From: Nitrosopumilus sp.
GTDB taxonomy: Archaea > Thermoproteota > Nitrososphaeria > Nitrososphaerales > Nitrosopumilaceae
Direction: 5' to 3'
NCBI GenBank assembly: GCA_965249555.1
Contig: OZ252243.1
Span: 1,920,001 to 1,984,000, forward strand
DNA length: 64,000 bases
Shown: positions 62,496 to 64,000 of the stretch, in pieces
Numbering within the stretch: the first letter of the stretch is position 1
Layout of the letters: each line of letters opens with the position of its first letter
Translations under genes and position numbers: made by a program
The notes under the pieces: model-generated
Told to the model about the DNA's origin: nothing
Databases searched by the model: none
The model's input: the letters and a program-made list of their open reading frames with translations, nothing else

Positions 62496-63398
62496 TTGAA
62501 GGCAGTTTTTATGGCAATTCTAGTAATAGCTATAATTGGCTATATGTGGTATGCTGACCTCTTACCATTTGATTCCCCAACTACCTCAATTGGATTGTCT
62601 CCATCTGTTGAAAATATTCAACAAATTTCTAATGTAATTATCCCAAGTGACAATAAAATTATCTATTACTCCTTTGAAGATGTTCCGTCAATACCTGATA
62701 AGCAAATTCCTGTTAATGCATTAAAAAAAGCAATTGCATCCTGGGAAGCAATTAACCCTAATTTGGAATTTATCCAATCTGAAAACTCTAACATGGAGAT
62801 TCGATGGCAAGTCTATGCGTCCTCAACTCATACTGGAGTTGCAACATGTAGTTCTGTGTTATTTGGAATTCTAAGTCACTGTGTATTGGATATCTCTGTT
62901 GGTGTTGAGGATTGCAATGGTAATTTTATTCAAGACGATGAAAATATGGTGACCAATATTTTGATGCATGAGATTGGCCATGCACTTGGATTAGGACATA
63001 CTAGCGAAACTGGTCATTTGTTGTATTCTACTCAATCACCTCAAATTTCTTTTGATGCTAAAGGATATGCAATTCCTGACAGATTTGAAGAACTCTACAT
63101 TGGTCAGAAAGCCATATTGGAACAAGAAAAGGAAATTCGCGCAGAAATTGAATCACTTGATATCAAAATATCACGTGATCAATCACAATATGATGAATAT
63201 TATAAACAATATGAATACTATGAAGGAAAAACACTTCCTCCTGATGAATATCAAAAGGCACAAAAAATTCTAAGCAAGATAACTAATGAGGCTGAAAAAA
63301 TCAATGCAATGATTGATCAACAAAATCAATTAATTGATCAACTCAATGAAATCATCCTTCAATTAGGATGTAAGCCTAATTTTGACATTAAATCATAA
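62496..63398 (+). CDS. Matrixin-family (metzincin) metalloprotease with coiled-coil tail
   Basis: N-terminal TM/signal; HEIGHALGLGH. Confidence 0.88.
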   Translation: MKAVFMAILVIAIIGYMWYADLLPFDSPTTSIGLSPSVENIQQISNVIIPSDNKIIYYSFEDVPSIPDKQIPVNALKKAIASWEAINPNLEFIQSENSNMEIRWQVYASSTHTGVATCSSVLFGILSHCVLDISVGVEDCNGNFIQDDENMVTNILMHEIGHALGLGHTSETGHLLYSTQSPQISFDAKGYAIPDRFEELYIGQKAILEQEKEIRAEIESLDIKISRDQSQYDEYYKQYEYYEGKTLPPDEYQKAQKILSKITNEAEKINAMIDQQNQLIDQLNEIILQLGCKPNFDIKS

Positions 63399-63810
63399 TT
63401 ATCCAAACAACAGAATGAAACCTACAGCTAAAGCTGCTATTGAAATTCCCATTGTAACATAAAATTTCATATTCATGGAGATTGCTAAAATCTACTGAAA
63501 TTAATAGTTTAGAAATTGGAAAGCAAGCAAATCTGATATTATATTGCATCGATTCTTTGGGAATTACGTACAAATATCAAATCCGCAAACATCTTGCTTC
63601 CAATATTTCTAATTTACATCATCAAAAATTCTTAAAATAAAACATGTCTTGAAATTTGGTTAATTTGGGTTGAAAAAATTATCCTGTTTTAATTTTTCAG
63701 AAAAATCGAGCCTACATTTCATTGAAAATATTGTCTTAGGCGTGAGTGTGTGTTCAAATTGCACAAACAATTTCTTTTAGTTGAACTGGACTTACCTTAA
63801 TCGAGTCATC

Positions 63811-63877
63811 TGTTTGACGGCGTACCTACGTTTGCCTTAACAGACCATACCCTAGAATTCATTATAGCCGTCAAACA
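63811..63877. ncRNA. Candidate structured element
   Basis: Perfect 11-bp stem TGTTTGACGGC/GCCGTCAAACA. Confidence 0.4.
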
Positions 63878-64000
63878 TCTTTTATTATAACAAAAAATTT
63901 TTCAATTCCTATATCTATTAAAAATCATATGATAATAGTATGTAAAGGAATTCAAAAGAACCATCGATTAGAAAAATGCCCATTTCTTTATGATGGTAAT

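Noticed and set aside
1-64000. tRNA, rRNA, reverse transcriptase or a tRNA-type att site
   Set aside because: No cloverleaf, rRNA-like stretch or RT motif recognised by eye

Overview
AT-rich archaeal chromosome segment whose gene content and small-protein families point to a Nitrosopumilus-like ammonia-oxidising archaeon (Nitrososphaerota). Core blocks: Alba/rpoK/rps25e/deoxyhypusine synthase, thrS-speB-CDP-alcohol transferase-rps26e, PfkB kinase/NAD kinase/pyrG and a trpEGDCBA operon lacking trpF. Three accessory regions interrupt them. (1) ~6.5-23 kb: IS66 and IS6-like remnants, two secreted-protein/small-membrane-protein pairs, and a ~9.3 kb unit bounded by 16-bp inverted repeats carrying a type IIG-like methyltransferase plus a PLD-SNF2 helicase, with a 13-bp VNTR just upstream. 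(2) ~27-35.6 kb: IS debris and a type III R-M system whose mod gene is frameshifted at a G13 tract, a candidate phase-variable methyltransferase in an archaeon. (3) ~45.9-55 kb: dead tyrosine integrase, TA-like debris, a bacterial-type NAD-dependent formate dehydrogenase, and two diverged copies of a ~400-bp non-coding cassette that folds into stems with a compensatory change. Several other intergenic structured RNA candidates are present. No tRNA, rRNA or CRISPR array was recognised. All assignments are by eye; no searches were run.
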